Assembly (NCBI RefSeq): GCF_001194135.2
Contig: NC_068992.1
Location: forward strand, 4,299,035 to 4,363,034
Direction: 5' to 3'
From: Octopus bimaculoides
Taxonomy: Eukaryota
DNA length: 64,000 nucleotides
The notes under the pieces were generated by a model that ran no database searches, was not told the origin of the DNA, and saw nothing but the letters and a program-made list of their open reading frames with translations. Below, one piece after another: positions 52,035-64,000 of this stretch (its first letter is position 1; each line of letters starts with the position of its first letter). Both the position numbers and the translations under genes were made by a program.

Positions 52035-52976
52035 NNNNNNNNNNNNNNNNNNNNNNNNNNNNNNNNNNNNNNNNNNNNNNNNNNNNNNNNNNNNNNNNNN
52101 NNNNNNNNNNNNNNNNNNNNNNNNNNNNNNNNNNNNNNNNNNNNNNNNNNNNNNNNNNNNNNNNNNNNNNNNNNNNNNNNNNNNNNNNNNNNNNNNNNNN
52201 NNNNNNNNNNNNNNNNNNNNNNNNNNNNNNNNNNNNNNNNNNNNNNNNNNNNNNNNNNNNNNNNNNNNNNNNNNNNNNNNNNNNNNNNNNNNNNNNNNNN
52301 NNNNNNNNNNNNNNNNNNNNNNNNNNNNNNNNNNNNNNNNNNNNNNNNNNNNNNNNNNNNNNNNNNNNNNNNNNNNNNNNNNNNNNNNNNNNNNNNNNNN
52401 NNNNNNNNNNNNNNNNNNNNNNNNNNNNNNNNNNNNNNNNNNNNNNNNNNNNNNNNNNNNNNNNNNNNNNNNNNNNNNNNNNNNNNNNNNNNNNNNNNNN
52501 NNNNNNNNNNNNNNNNNNNNNNNNNNNNNNNNNNNNNNNNNNNNNNNNNNNNNNNNNNNNNNNNNNNNNNNNNNNNNNNNNNNNNNNNNNNNNNNNNNNN
52601 NNNNNNNNNNNNNNNNNNNNNNNNNNNNNNNNNNNNNNNNNNNNNNNNNNNNNNNNNNNNNNNNNNNNNNNNNNNNNNNNNNNNNNNNNNNNNNNNNNNN
52701 NNNNNNNNNNNNNNNNNNNNNNNNNNNNNNNNNNNNNNNNNNNNNNNNNNNNNNNNNNNNNNNNNNNNNNNNNNNNNNNNNNNNNNNNNNNNNNNNNNNN
52801 NNNNNNNNNNNNNNNNNNNNNNNNNNNNNNNNNNNNNNNNNNNNNNNNNNNNNNNNNNNNNNNNNNNNNNNNNNNNNNNNNNNNNNNNNNNNNNNNNNNN
52901 NNNNNNNNNNNNNNNNNNNNNNNNNNNNNNNNNNNNNNNNNNNNNNNNNNNNNNNNNNNNNNNNNNNNNNNNATTA

Positions 52977-53049
52977 TTCAGATTACTGCCGGAAATCGAA
53001 TCCGGGATCTTGGGGCTAGTAGCCTGCGCTCTTAACCACTACGCCATAT
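52977..53049 (-). other. tRNA-like module (not a complete tRNA)
   Basis: GGCGTAGTGGTTAAGAGCGC (A-box/D-arm) and a perfect T-arm CCGGA-TTCGATT-TCCGG. No acceptor stem; the anticodon arm is loosely Ser(GCU)-like. Confidence 0.65.
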
Positions 53050-53394
53050 GCCCGTGGGCAATTATGGAGTGAATATTTAGGGTTAACAACAAACAAGATG
53101 AGGACAAATATCCATCAAATGTAAATAATATAAACAATGTACATAATTCCTCATCTCTTAAATATAGAACAGTACATACATACATATATGTGTGTGTGAG
53201 TGTGTGCGTGTGTGTGTGTTTGTGTGTCTGCGTGTATGTGTGTGTACGTCTGTGTGTGTATGTGTGTGTGTGTGTGTGTGTCTATGTATAAAATGAAACA
53301 AACTCAATAAAGGTTAGGGATGTTTTGCGTTGGCGATGGTTATATGGTAAAATCAATAGAAAAGTAGGTGCAAAAATGGGAAGGATGAAAAAGC

Positions 53395-53592
53395 ACGTCT
53401 GATGCAATCAAATGGAAAATCGTAAAAAAAATCCTTACTCTACGTTGATAGATCTAAAGAATGCAAGTTATGCGTAGCTGAAAGATTTCAGGTCCCTTTT
53501 AGACCTACGAACTCCACTGCACTACTGAATTCCACGTCAGAAATTTTCAGCAAATGCAAGCATACGGAGAAGTTTCTTTTGCGGAATTGGAA
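53395..53592 (+). mobile_element. Penelope-like element GIY-YIG C-terminal remnant
   Basis: IKWKIVKK / Y..RSKECKLCVAERF...LLNSTSEIFSKCKHTEKFLL matches the I.W.I...C.LC..E....LN...E....C.H..K..L tail of PLE endonucleases; one frameshift. Confidence 0.75.
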
Positions 53593-53902
53593 CACATCAC
53601 TCTCTGGGCTGAGCAGCTATATCGCACGCTTTAGGGCCCTTCTGTTGAGTCTATACAACTAGCTAAATGGCTTTATGGTATAAAAGGGGACACAACTCTA
53701 ATTTGTTTCTTTTTTCCTTCTTTTTCCGTTGTTTTCACCTTTCCTCTTTTTGCATCCACCAGCCTCTCGTGCTCAAAGCCATAGATTGCTTGGAGACGCT
53801 AGGCGTTTTACTATAACCTTCCTGGATAACATTTCCAATGTATGAAACTATTAGTAGCTCATAGCTATATATTGTGTAGATTAAACAATATTTATTTCTC
53901 AC

Positions 53903-54029
53903 CGAATGTAGCAAAAGTACATTTTTGAACCACATTTACATTGCAAAACAAAATCACAACCAAAATACCCAAAACTATGAACGTCTTGAAGACTATTATA
54001 TTCTGGGAAATCGTTGTACTTATTTTCAT
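53903..54029 (-). CDS. Candidate first coding exon of a secreted or membrane protein (unverified)
   Basis: AGG ATG, then MKISTTISQNIIVFKTFIVLGILVVILFCNVNVVQKCTFATF plus a phase-1 donor CG|GTGAGA. Possible acceptor upstream of 54113. No downstream exon identified. Confidence 0.25.
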
Positions 54030-54794
54030 CCTTCCAATTCTTTCTTTGAGATAATGAAGACCCCTGTGGGCGCGAGCAAGGTTTCGGCTGCTTGTTGTTA
54101 ACTTTAATCATCACTGGAATTCATGAAGATATCTAATTAGTAGGGATTAGTATACTCTACATTTGATCATCGTCGTCATCATCATCATCACCAACAGCAG
54201 CTAAATTTATACTTGTAAAGCGGTCCTAATTCTGTAGTAAACCCACCCTTTATCTCTTCCCAACAGCGAAAGCTAATTGTCTTCCGTTCTACTCCATTCG
54301 AAAGACAATGTTAATCCCTTATTGAACACCCTGTAGGTAAACCTAATGCCTTTCTAGTACCCTTCATTTATTACGACATTAATCTCCATGTAATTCTAGG
54401 AAGATAAACCTAATCCATTCTGCTCTTATATAATTAATACTACATGAACTCTTTAAATCTTAAAATGTCGCTTCCTAATGTATCTTTGTTAGAGATAATC
54501 CATCCTGTGGTCACAAACCGGTTAAATACCCTGTCAGATCGTTCACTGCAATATATCACTCTTTCAAAAGCTGGTAAGTTGGCAAAAGTGTGCAGGTAAT
54601 GACACCTCGCTAACTACGTCTTAATTAGTATACACTGCAGCACTAATTAGCAGAAATATATTTAATGCAGCATGTCAGTTTCTACGCCAAGGACACTCAA
54701 ATCCGCGTCGTGATCAACATCAAACCATACTAATACTAAACTTCATCGTCCTCGCACCTCTTCTCACTCATCGCCTTCATTCTCCTCCTCTTTC

Positions 54795-54854
54795 TATTCC
54801 TCCTCCTCCTCCTCCTCCTCCTCGCCTTCGTTATTGTCATCACCGTCGTTATCG

Positions 54855-54886
<32 letters not shown>

Positions 54887-55020
54887 CTCATCATTATCGT
54901 CATCGTCGTCATCATCATCATTATCAACATTACCACCATCATCATCGTAATCGTCATCATCATCATCATCATCATCGTCAACGTCGTCGTCGTCCTCGTC
55001 GTCGTCGTTGTCATCATCAC

Positions 55021-55073
<53 letters not shown>

Positions 55074-55150
55074 CCGTCATCATCGTCGTCGTCGTCATCA
55101 TCATCACCGGCTTCTGCTCCTATCGCTGCTGCTGTTGCTGCTGTTGCTGC
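54795..55150. repeat. Compound (CCT)/(TCA)/(TCG)/(GCT) trinucleotide tract
   Basis: Read directly from sequence. Confidence 0.95.
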
Positions 55151-55554
55151 TAAGGTAGCAAGTTTATTGATTTCTGAAAAGTATCTCATTAAGTATCGCT
55201 TCTCGTAATGGTCTGGAGTGAAATAGCTGACCACTTCATTAAAACTATCTCTTAAGGGAACACGCACCGATATTTCACGCACGCCTTCATAAACAACCAC
55301 ACACAATACATAATATACGCACCCGCACAAAAACAGAACACATATAAAACATACACAGATCACACAAACCACGCACAAACACACATACACACACATATAC
55401 ACGCGTGTAGCACTCCCATATAATCTTATATATTCAGCGCCCGCATACATCTAATATAAAGAAGAATTACACACTCTCTACTTGTATTACAATAATAAAC
55501 GCATATACTTAAACATACCTGAATGAGTGTATATATGCCTGCATGTCTGTATGT

Positions 55555-55958
55555 ATTAGAAAGAAGGATAGCAGGATCCCTAAGCAGATGCTATATGGGG
55601 AACTTGTGAATGGAAAGAGACCCCGGCAGGCCTGTGGTATGCAGGACACTGACTGGGAGAACAATGCCTGTCATCGCCACGGATGGAGGAAGCAGGTAAA
55701 GGAGGGGGCCGACACTTTTGAGAAAGCCCGTATTCAGCATGAAGAACTTAAGCGTGCTCCTCGAAAGCGCACTGCTGATATAGTGAATGGGGAAAGCTTG
55801 GTCTGCAATGTTTGCAGTCGTGTATGCTTGTCAAGAGCAGGGTCCTTTAGCCACCGACGGAACCGCAAATGCAAAATATATGTTAGTCCTAGAGCGTACA
55901 ATGTTCCTGAAGGTCAGCAATGGACGGCGATCATGTATGTATGTATGTATGTATGCAT
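55555..55958 (+). mobile_element. RTE-clade LINE 3' end with (ATGT)n tail
   Basis: DSRIPKQMLYGELVNGKRP...DWE..A.HR.GWRKQVKEG..FE...CNVCSRVCLSRAGSFSHRR: RTE C-terminus with a terminal zinc-finger-like motif, short UTR and tandem-repeat tail. Confidence 0.9.
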
Positions 55959-56939
55959 GAAATTCAACGAAGATAAAACTACAAATCATAGTTTGTAAAT
56001 ACGGAGCTAAAAACACCATTTCGATTGAAATAGTTTGAAGCTGTACGTGGGACACGAACCTACATCTTGTGTAAACATGACAGCTGTTCAACTATTATAC
56101 GGAAGAAATCTTTCAAATATCCCTTTCAATTTTAGACGCTTTGTCTGAAAAAAAAAAGAAAAATTCCACTGGAAAATGTTTTCGTGATTTAATGCATAAT
56201 CTTAAACCGTTCATTTTCTTTTTAGTTATAAGAGAAATATATTAATGAGCTTCGAGATTGTATAGGTAGCTATACAGCTGTTAAACTAATATGAATGCTA
56301 TCGTAGGTGAATGATGTTTTCAGGTGAATGAAACAAATACGTACCTTAAATGCGTAATTAAGCCGAAATTATCTCTGTAGTGAGATAATTTAAGAAAATA
56401 TATCTAACGAAGTAGTTTTATTACATTCTAAGAACACCTTGATTATATGTATACATACACACGTTCGTATTTAGATCTTGTTATCATAATACTTGTAAAA
56501 CTAATCAGGAATCATTTGCACAAAACACTTTAATCTCTGTTCTGGATAGATGATGACCCAACGCAAGTAGATTAAAAACTGTACGACTGTATTGTCAGCA
56601 GATGCTTATAGTTGTTACGTAGTTAATTATATTTAAAAAGGAACCGATGTGTATTAATAAGCTGTAGGGTTTAATTAGAAAACAAAATGTGCTGTTTCCT
56701 TAATTACAGAAAAGACAGTGTTCCATGTAACAAAATGAACATTACTTACGTGAGCAGCCATTAATTTCTGTCGATGACAATGGCAACTGGAAGATCAACT
56801 GGTGCAAAATGATTAGCATTGCTTATGATAAGCTATACCATGCTATGGTATGTATGCATGTATATATGTAAGTATGTTTGCATGTATGTATGTATGTATG
56901 TATGTCTGTATGTACGTACGTATGTATGTATGTATTAAT

Positions 56940-57004
56940 CTTTTACTCTTTTACTTGTTTCAGTCATTTGACTGTCGCCATGCTGGAGCACCGCCTTCAG
57001 TCGA
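56940..57004 (-). mobile_element. SINE family B 3' tail (well preserved)
   Basis: Reverse complement GTTCGACTGAAGGCGGTGCTCCAGCATGGCGACAGTCAAATGACTGAAACAAGTAAAAGAGTAAAA. Confidence 0.85.
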
Positions 57005-57044
57005 ACGTTTCGGCCTTCCTGTATATACATTTATAAATGCATGA

Positions 57045-57111
<67 letters not shown>

Positions 57112-58114
57112 GATCTAATTACCTTTTGTGCATTTGCATATATTCTTTGTATTTTAAACTCGGGTAGTGAATAGAAACTTGTTGATTTACATTCTTGCTT
57201 CAATCAATACAAGTCCTCAAATTTCATTTTTCTATGCCACCAATCGTATTGACTAACAATTTTATGAATTCAGAAATAATGAAAGGTATTATCCATCTCG
57301 GCTGAATTTGAGCTGTAAATAGCTTGAACTAATAACGCAGGATATTTTTTTTCGGCACTAATAATCCTGTCTGGTAGATAATATTGTTTATGAAGAGACT
57401 TACGCAGATGGTAACAAGGTTATATAAGAGAATTGATTGAGCATAAAAATATAGAAGCTTATGTTGTCTTATGGTATGCATGAAGTTTAATTTGGTAAAG
57501 TTAAGGATGAAAGGTATTGTAAATACTTTATAAAGTAGAATAGATGGGTATTTGAGAGACAATTGATGTGTAATTATGTTTATATTAATTTTTAATATTT
57601 TCTAGTTAGTTATCGGTGCATTTATGAATAGATTTTCTATTTGAGAATACACTTAAGATTTTGTAGTGAAACTACAGCAGATTGGGAGTGGGAGAACAAA
57701 CATGGTGCGATGAGAGATGTAAGGTGGTTATCTAATGCAACATTTAAGGGGAATGTTTACGTGTCCTTCAAAATATAATTAAAGAATAATTGTCCTATGC
57801 GTTAGATGATGTGTAACAATGGTCAGATGAGTGAGAAATACTGGAAAATATGATATGAATTAATATTAAAAGTGTAATTAGGTGAATAAATGTATGTAGG
57901 CACTAAACATTTGTTATATTGGAAAACAGAATGTGAGTTAGGTTTTCGAATACATTTCCAGTTATAATTTTAAGGATACTTAATAGGTTATACCTGAATT
58001 ATTTTTCATGTGTTTATTTCGCTGGGAAAGATTAGACGATGGAAGGTAACATCTAGGTAGAGAAGAGGAAAAGTACATAAAGTTGTTTCGAGTAAACATA
58101 CGAATGACTATACA

Positions 58115-58598
58115 CAGTAATGCCATATCGCGGTTCACCTATCGCGCACTCAGTATATCATGGACTTTTCTGGTTCATATATGTAAATTTGCATCGTTGT
58201 CTCCGCAGAATATCGCGGGTTTCTGCGGCCGATGGGTATTTATATTGTTTTAGATGTTATTTATTTCTGTGGTAAAAATAAGGATTTTCACGCCTAGAAG
58301 TTAATAAATGAAAATGGAGTACAGTACTGCACTGTATCACACATTAATTAAAATATATTAAAAGAAAATATGGAATGTACCGTAGATGAATAAACAAAGA
58401 ATCGCACATACTGTATGGAAAATGAAACTTGGGAAGCGAGTGTGGTGTTATTTTGAATTTAAAATAAAATAAATATATAGAAATTATAAAAATGATAAGA
58501 AAATATATATACAATACAGTACTGTTTCTACGTCGCGGACTTTCACCTATCGCGAAAGGTTTTGTAACGTAACACTCGCGATAGTCGAAGGATTACTG
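58115..58598. mobile_element. Tigger/pogo-type non-autonomous MITE
   Basis: Left end CAGTAAT...TATCGCG; right end CGCGATAG..GGATTACTG|TA; internal direct repeat TCACCTATCGCG near both ends. Confidence 0.7.
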
Positions 58599-59006
58599 TA
58601 ATATCTATATTATGTCTATATGTATGTGTGTTTTAGTGTATAAATTAAAAGATGCTTGGTTTGTTATATTTGTATTAGAATTGGAAAATACATATCCTCC
58701 AACAGATCTCCCCAAACATTATTTTTGGGATATTTTGGGGTTATTTTGCTGCTTGAGGCGGTTCCTTTTAGGTTTATTTTTTCATCTTTATAAATTGCAT
58801 TACTTTTCCAATTATAATACAAATAAAAGAAACCAAGCATCTCTTTAATTTTTTTTCTCTCCATTTTCGTTTATTGACATTTTAATTTTATGAGACTGTT
58901 TCTAACATATATATTGATGATCTTCCTATCAATATATTTGGTTAAACGCAGTTGGCATCAGGATTGTTTTTAACAATTCCTTACGTGGATATTGTTTTCT
59001 CAAATT

Positions 59007-59050
<44 letters not shown>

Positions 59051-59117
59051 NNNNNNNNNNNNNNNNNNNNNNNNNNNNNNNNNNNNNNNNNNNNNNNNNN
59101 NNNNNNNNNNNNNNNNN

Positions 59118-59165
<48 letters not shown>

Positions 59166-59920
59166 CTTATATATATATATTCCGAAAGAACAGATATTGA
59201 AATCCCTCTTTGCTTGCTACATTAAATCACAAGACTAAAATTCTTGATTTCGTGAGTAGAGAATGTTCAGAAAATTTAAACATAAATTCAAATTACAACA
59301 ATTCTTAAAAGAAACAAAATAAAAAAATCGAAACAACCGCAACAGAAATGAGGAGATTCCTAAAATTTGATCTTAATTAAAATTCAATTAAAAATTGATT
59401 GGCTGGTTAGAACGATTCAGTCTAATGTCTGCAGTGATGGTTAGAAAATAATTCTTTACTGGTAAGGTCTATTGAGACTGAAATTGCTTCAAATTTGTTA
59501 ATCCAATATCCATTTTTTTATTAGGCTATACATTGTTTTAGTCAATGAAATTGCTGTAGTTATTTTCAACGGCTATTCGTTTTTCGGAACAAATAAGTTA
59601 GATAATGATTCGTGATTATATTTAGTTATAATTATTTATTTTACTACATTACGTATGCTAGCATTTACTAGGCTAAATTTAATCCATGAATATATAAACA
59701 TATTTATATATATATGTATTTTTATCTATCTCTCTGTCTCTCACCACAGACATATATATGTGTGTGCGTATACATATACAAACTTACATTACATCGGGAC
59801 CTACATGCAATATGCAAGTAGACTGAAGAAAACAACATGCAGTTTAATGGGAAAAATTTAAACACTGCGCTATCATAACACAAATGCATCACAGACTGCA
59901 TACACAAGACCCTAAGTCAC

Positions 59921-60015
59921 TGAAATCCCAGAACCACAGATAGTGGTAGACTTGGGGGATTACTAATGATGTATAATTTCGTAGGCACATTGACAGGATG
60001 GATACTAAGGGCCAC
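59921..60015 (-). other. Exon-like segment (strong acceptor, moderate donor); coding status unknown
   Basis: GTTTTGTCTCTTTTTTTTTTTCAG|GTGGCCC...TTTCA|GTGACT; two open frames, neither recognisable. Confidence 0.2.
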
Positions 60016-60105
60016 CTGAAAAAAAAAAAGAGACAAAACGTTATGTTGACCTTGTGGGGGACATATATATATGTAAATATATATATATATATATATATGC
60101 ACATT

Positions 60106-60162
<57 letters not shown>

Positions 60163-60413
60163 TTATCTATCCATCTATCTATCTAACCCTTTATCTATCA
60201 ATATGTCTGTCTTTCTGTCTATCTCACTCTCTCACCTCCTCTCTCTTGCTCNNNNNNNNNNNNNNNNNNNNNNNNNNNNNNNNNNNNNNNNNNNNNNNNN
60301 NNNNNNNNNNNNNNNNNNNNNNNNNNNNNNNNNNNNNNNNNNNNNNNNNNNNNNNNNNNNNNNNNNNNNNNNNNNNNNNNNNNNNNNNNNNNNNNNNNNN
60401 NNNNNNNNNNNNN

Positions 60414-60457
<44 letters not shown>

Positions 60458-61174
60458 GCAAATTGCACATTTATTTTTTTATACATATATGAATATGCGC
60501 ACATATGAATACAGACATACACACTCACGCACTGACACAGCGCTCACAATCATACAGATACTCATATATAGGGATACATATACATATTATATTCACATAT
60601 TTCATGTTGTTGTTTTATTTTTTAATTTTTAAATTGAACAAAACTTTAATGAAAGAATGCCCACACTAACTCCACCGATAAACCACTCAACAATCCGGCC
60701 GCCTAACCAATCGGAACAAACAAACATTATGAAATAAATTTAAGTGTTAAATTCTTTGTTGCTAATGCATTGGTTTGTGTGTGTCTGCGTTAGGGGAGAT
60801 AATAGGAATATTTTAGTTTATCAACACGTTTTGCCGCTTGTCGCATATGAAGTGGTTCCAAAGTAGAATCTTATAGAAGTATAACACTCAACAAACCCTT
60901 CAGCCACATGCGCCTCCCTCTCTCTCTGAAATTACCATAACTAACTTCATAATCTTCAGTATATGCCAACCCTTCTTTCTCGTTATATGTCCCTTTCCTT
61001 CCTTCTTTTTTCTTTCTTTGCAGCTATATCGGGAGCTGTCGTTTTTATTAAAAAAGAAAAATAATTGATCTTGAGAATGATAAAATAACTAGGAAGGGAA
61101 TTATTAGTAAATTTTGCTCAAGTAGCCATCTTGAAAAGTATTGTAGAAAGGGAAATAGTAAGGATGGATGGAGG

Positions 61175-61274
<100 letters not shown>

Positions 61275-62307
61275 TAGTTCTGCGTGCTTTTTGTGTCATT
61301 GATTGTGTTTTTGTTTATTCATATTCATAATGTTGATCTTTTAATGAATGCATTCAGCCACGGTGTTTCAGACACATACGTGTCCTTGTAGTGAGTAAAT
61401 ACACTTCCACACACATACACACACACGCGCGCACACACACATACGAATACACAAACATAGACATGATATATATTATACTTATATATTATTAATATGTAGT
61501 TATTTAAATAAAATACATTTATATAAAACAGCGCATAATATAGCTAACTGTACAGGCATTTATTTGAATGTTTTCATTGTAAAGGCTAAGATGTGAAAAC
61601 ATCTTACTGTTCTTTTAAATAAACCGTAAAATAATTGGGAATCTCCTTACAGATCCTGTATCTGGATAATTATCCATCAACGTCGATTACTACTCCTCAG
61701 TTACTCCGAGAGTGCATTGCAGTTAAATCACTATATATAAATAGTAATAGTTTCTCAAGAACACCTAAAGTACCGTATTAGATGTGGACTGTACCTGACC
61801 ATCGGAGAATGTAAATAATTATTGTTAAAGGAACAAGGAATTTTCTGGGTTTGAATTGAAGGACCAGTCGTCGAGGTACGTTGCTAGCAACGTCTGGGAT
61901 GTACTTTCAAAGAAGATCCCCAGTAATTAAGAAACCAAGCTTTTGGAACAGGCGTGGAACAGTTGTGAAACTTTTAGATGAAATGTAATTGTACAGAAGT
62001 GGGTTGAGATGCGATGATATTTTCTAGATACGTGAAGTTTTTAGTAATTTTGAAGAGACAGGTATACAAAAACAGTCTTCAGCCAGGGTTGGAACGCTTT
62101 TCACCATAAATTTGTTTGCTCGGGGTGAAACCCAGGGCTAAACGACAGCAATAACCGAACGACAGAATCTCTAAGTCCTCGTAAGACTCGCTACAAGTAA
62201 CAATTATACAACAACCATACTAACTTAGGAAACGGATGGGGTGGTGAGAATAATTTTGGTCGTAGGTCATCGCGATCGGTATTCATCTGTGATGAAATAT
62301 CAACAAC

Positions 62308-62514
62308 ACAGTCGCGGTTGAGTGATAAGAAGTTAGTTTTACAACATCGTGAATTTGGGTTCAGTCCCACTGCATGTTACCTTGGGCCAGTGTCTTATAT
62401 AATAGTCTCGACTGACCTAAAGTTTGTGAGTGGGTTTAGCAGACGGTAAGTGAAAGAAGCCTGTCATAATTACACACACACACACACACACATACATATG
62501 TATATATATATGTG

Positions 62515-62550
<36 letters not shown>

Positions 62551-62915
62551 AATAATATATNNNNNNNNNNNNNNNNNNNNNNNNNNNNNNNNNNNNNNNN
62601 NNNNNNNNNNNNNNNNNNNNNNNNNNNNNNNNNNNNNNNNNNNNNNNNNNNNNNNNNNNNNNNNNNNNNNNNNNNNNNNNNNNNNNNNNNNNNNNNNNNN
62701 TATATATATATATATATATATATATATCTGTGCGCGAGCGTGTGTGTACCTTGGTGTGCATATGTCCCCATGTCTTAGCGGTTTGGCAAAAACGATCGAT
62801 AGAATAATTACAAGGATTTTAGAAACTAAGTACTGTGGGCTATTCGTTTTAAAAAGTACTTCGATGCAGTCCTTCAGCATGGCACCAATCTGGTGACTCA
62901 AACAATTAAAAGATA
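62308..62915 (+). mobile_element. SINE family B, full length, with internal (CA)/(TA) microsatellite spanning a gap
   Basis: Head GGGTTCAGTCCCACTGC..CCTTGGGCCAGTGTCTT, body GACGGTAAGTGAAAGAAGCC, microsatellite, TTAGCGGTTTGGCAAAA..GATAGAATAA and tail CAGCATGGC...GACTCAAACAATTAAAAGA. Confidence 0.75.
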
Positions 62916-62989
62916 ATAGATAGAAGAAAATGGCTGAAACGAGTAAAAGAATAATAATAAAAATAAAAGAAGTATATCTATTCTTTTAT

Positions 62990-63046
62990 GCTTTTATTCA
63001 TTTTATTGCTTCAGTCATCTGACTGTGGCCATGCTAGAGCACAACC
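62990..63046 (-). mobile_element. SINE family B 3' tail, inverted relative to 62870-62915
   Basis: Reverse complement GTGCTCTAGCATGGCCACAGTCAGATGACTGAAGCAATAAAA. Confidence 0.75.
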
Positions 63047-63473
63047 AGTGGAGAAACAAAGGTGAAAATGACAAGAAGCCATCTACTGTGAAGGTTTTTG
63101 TTTATACGAACTTACCTTCTAGAGGAAAGACTTCCTAACATAAACTAGGGGGTCTTTTAAGCCTAGCTGTCGATATGCTAATTAACCTAAAAGTGGGACC
63201 CTAACAGGTGCTACTACTTTGAGCCAGAGTTGACCTGGGAGCTGATAGTTGTGAAGCGATGATTCCACGCTCCTCAAAACCAATTTACTTACGAAGACGC
63301 TGTACTTGCTGAGAGATTGTGCGAGAGATATATTGAGAGGTATGTATGTAGAGAGAAAGGGAGACAGAGAAAGTTAGAGAGAGAGAATGAGAGAGAGTGA
63401 GTGGGAGAGAGTGAGAGTGAGAGAGAGTGAGTGAGAGAGTATGTGTGTATATGTACAAGATGTGCGCATGTGC

Positions 63474-63546
<73 letters not shown>

Positions 63547-63713
63547 GTGTGAAGAATGATGTAAGAGAAAAATCCGCGGCATGCAGGATTAATGTATCAT
63601 GTGTCCATTAGTAAAACAGCAATTACAAAACAGAGTGAAGAAAATTGTTAAACTAATGGTATACATACGAAAGCAGGTAACCGATATGCCTCTCCGTATA
63701 TCACCCAACGATC

Positions 63714-63749
<36 letters not shown>

Positions 63750-63963
63750 GTGCGTGTGCGCTCGCGTGTGTGTATATGTAGATATGTATATATACATACA
63801 AACTTGCATACACATATATAAATATATATACATATATACATCCACATATACGTATATGAATACACACACACATACACACACATGTATATATATACATAGA
63901 TGTATACATATACACATAGATGCATATACAATATGTACGTACACATATTCACATACATATACA

Positions 63964-64000
<37 letters not shown>

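Noticed and set aside
53460-53565. Selenocysteine (in-frame TGA) use in the PLE endonuclease, as reported for some PLE clades
   Set aside because: All Cys positions in this fragment are TGC; there is no in-frame TGA.
61860-61985. NVWDVLSKK...LEQAWNS, resembling a Tc1 transposase C-terminus
   Set aside because: The SPDLNPIE motif is not recognisable and there is an internal stop; the similarity is too weak to call without a search.

Overview
Eukaryotic, AT-rich, microsatellite-saturated draft-assembly DNA with about 22 N-gaps (~8.6 kb, hand count), most flanked by (TA)n/(CA)n tracts. The SINE and repeat content resembles an octopus (coleoid cephalopod) genome; this is inferred from remembered repeat families, not from a search. 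No host protein-coding exon can be identified with confidence, and nearly all ORF-track entries are microsatellite or N translations. The window reads as intergenic or intronic DNA filled with decayed mobile elements. These include three tRNA-derived SINE families (one in about 10 copies with at least three alternative 3' tails), LINE remnants (Tx1/L1-like x3, R4/Dong-like x2, CR1-like x2, RTE-like x1), two Penelope-like remnants, mariner (DD34D) and pogo transposase remnants, a Tigger-type MITE and a fold-back MITE. The best leads are: (i) a CR1-like LINE whose 3' UTR matches the 3' tail of a SINE family (candidate LINE/SINE partner pair); (ii) two Tx1-like copies that both abut (TCTA)n arrays (possible microsatellite targeting); (iii) a tRNA-like module beside a Penelope endonuclease remnant; (iv) a fold-back MITE that could be an ADAR substrate; (v) a low-confidence minus-strand signal-peptide exon at 53.9-54.1 kb. 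I see no clearly new biological system; the leads are hypotheses about transposon biology.
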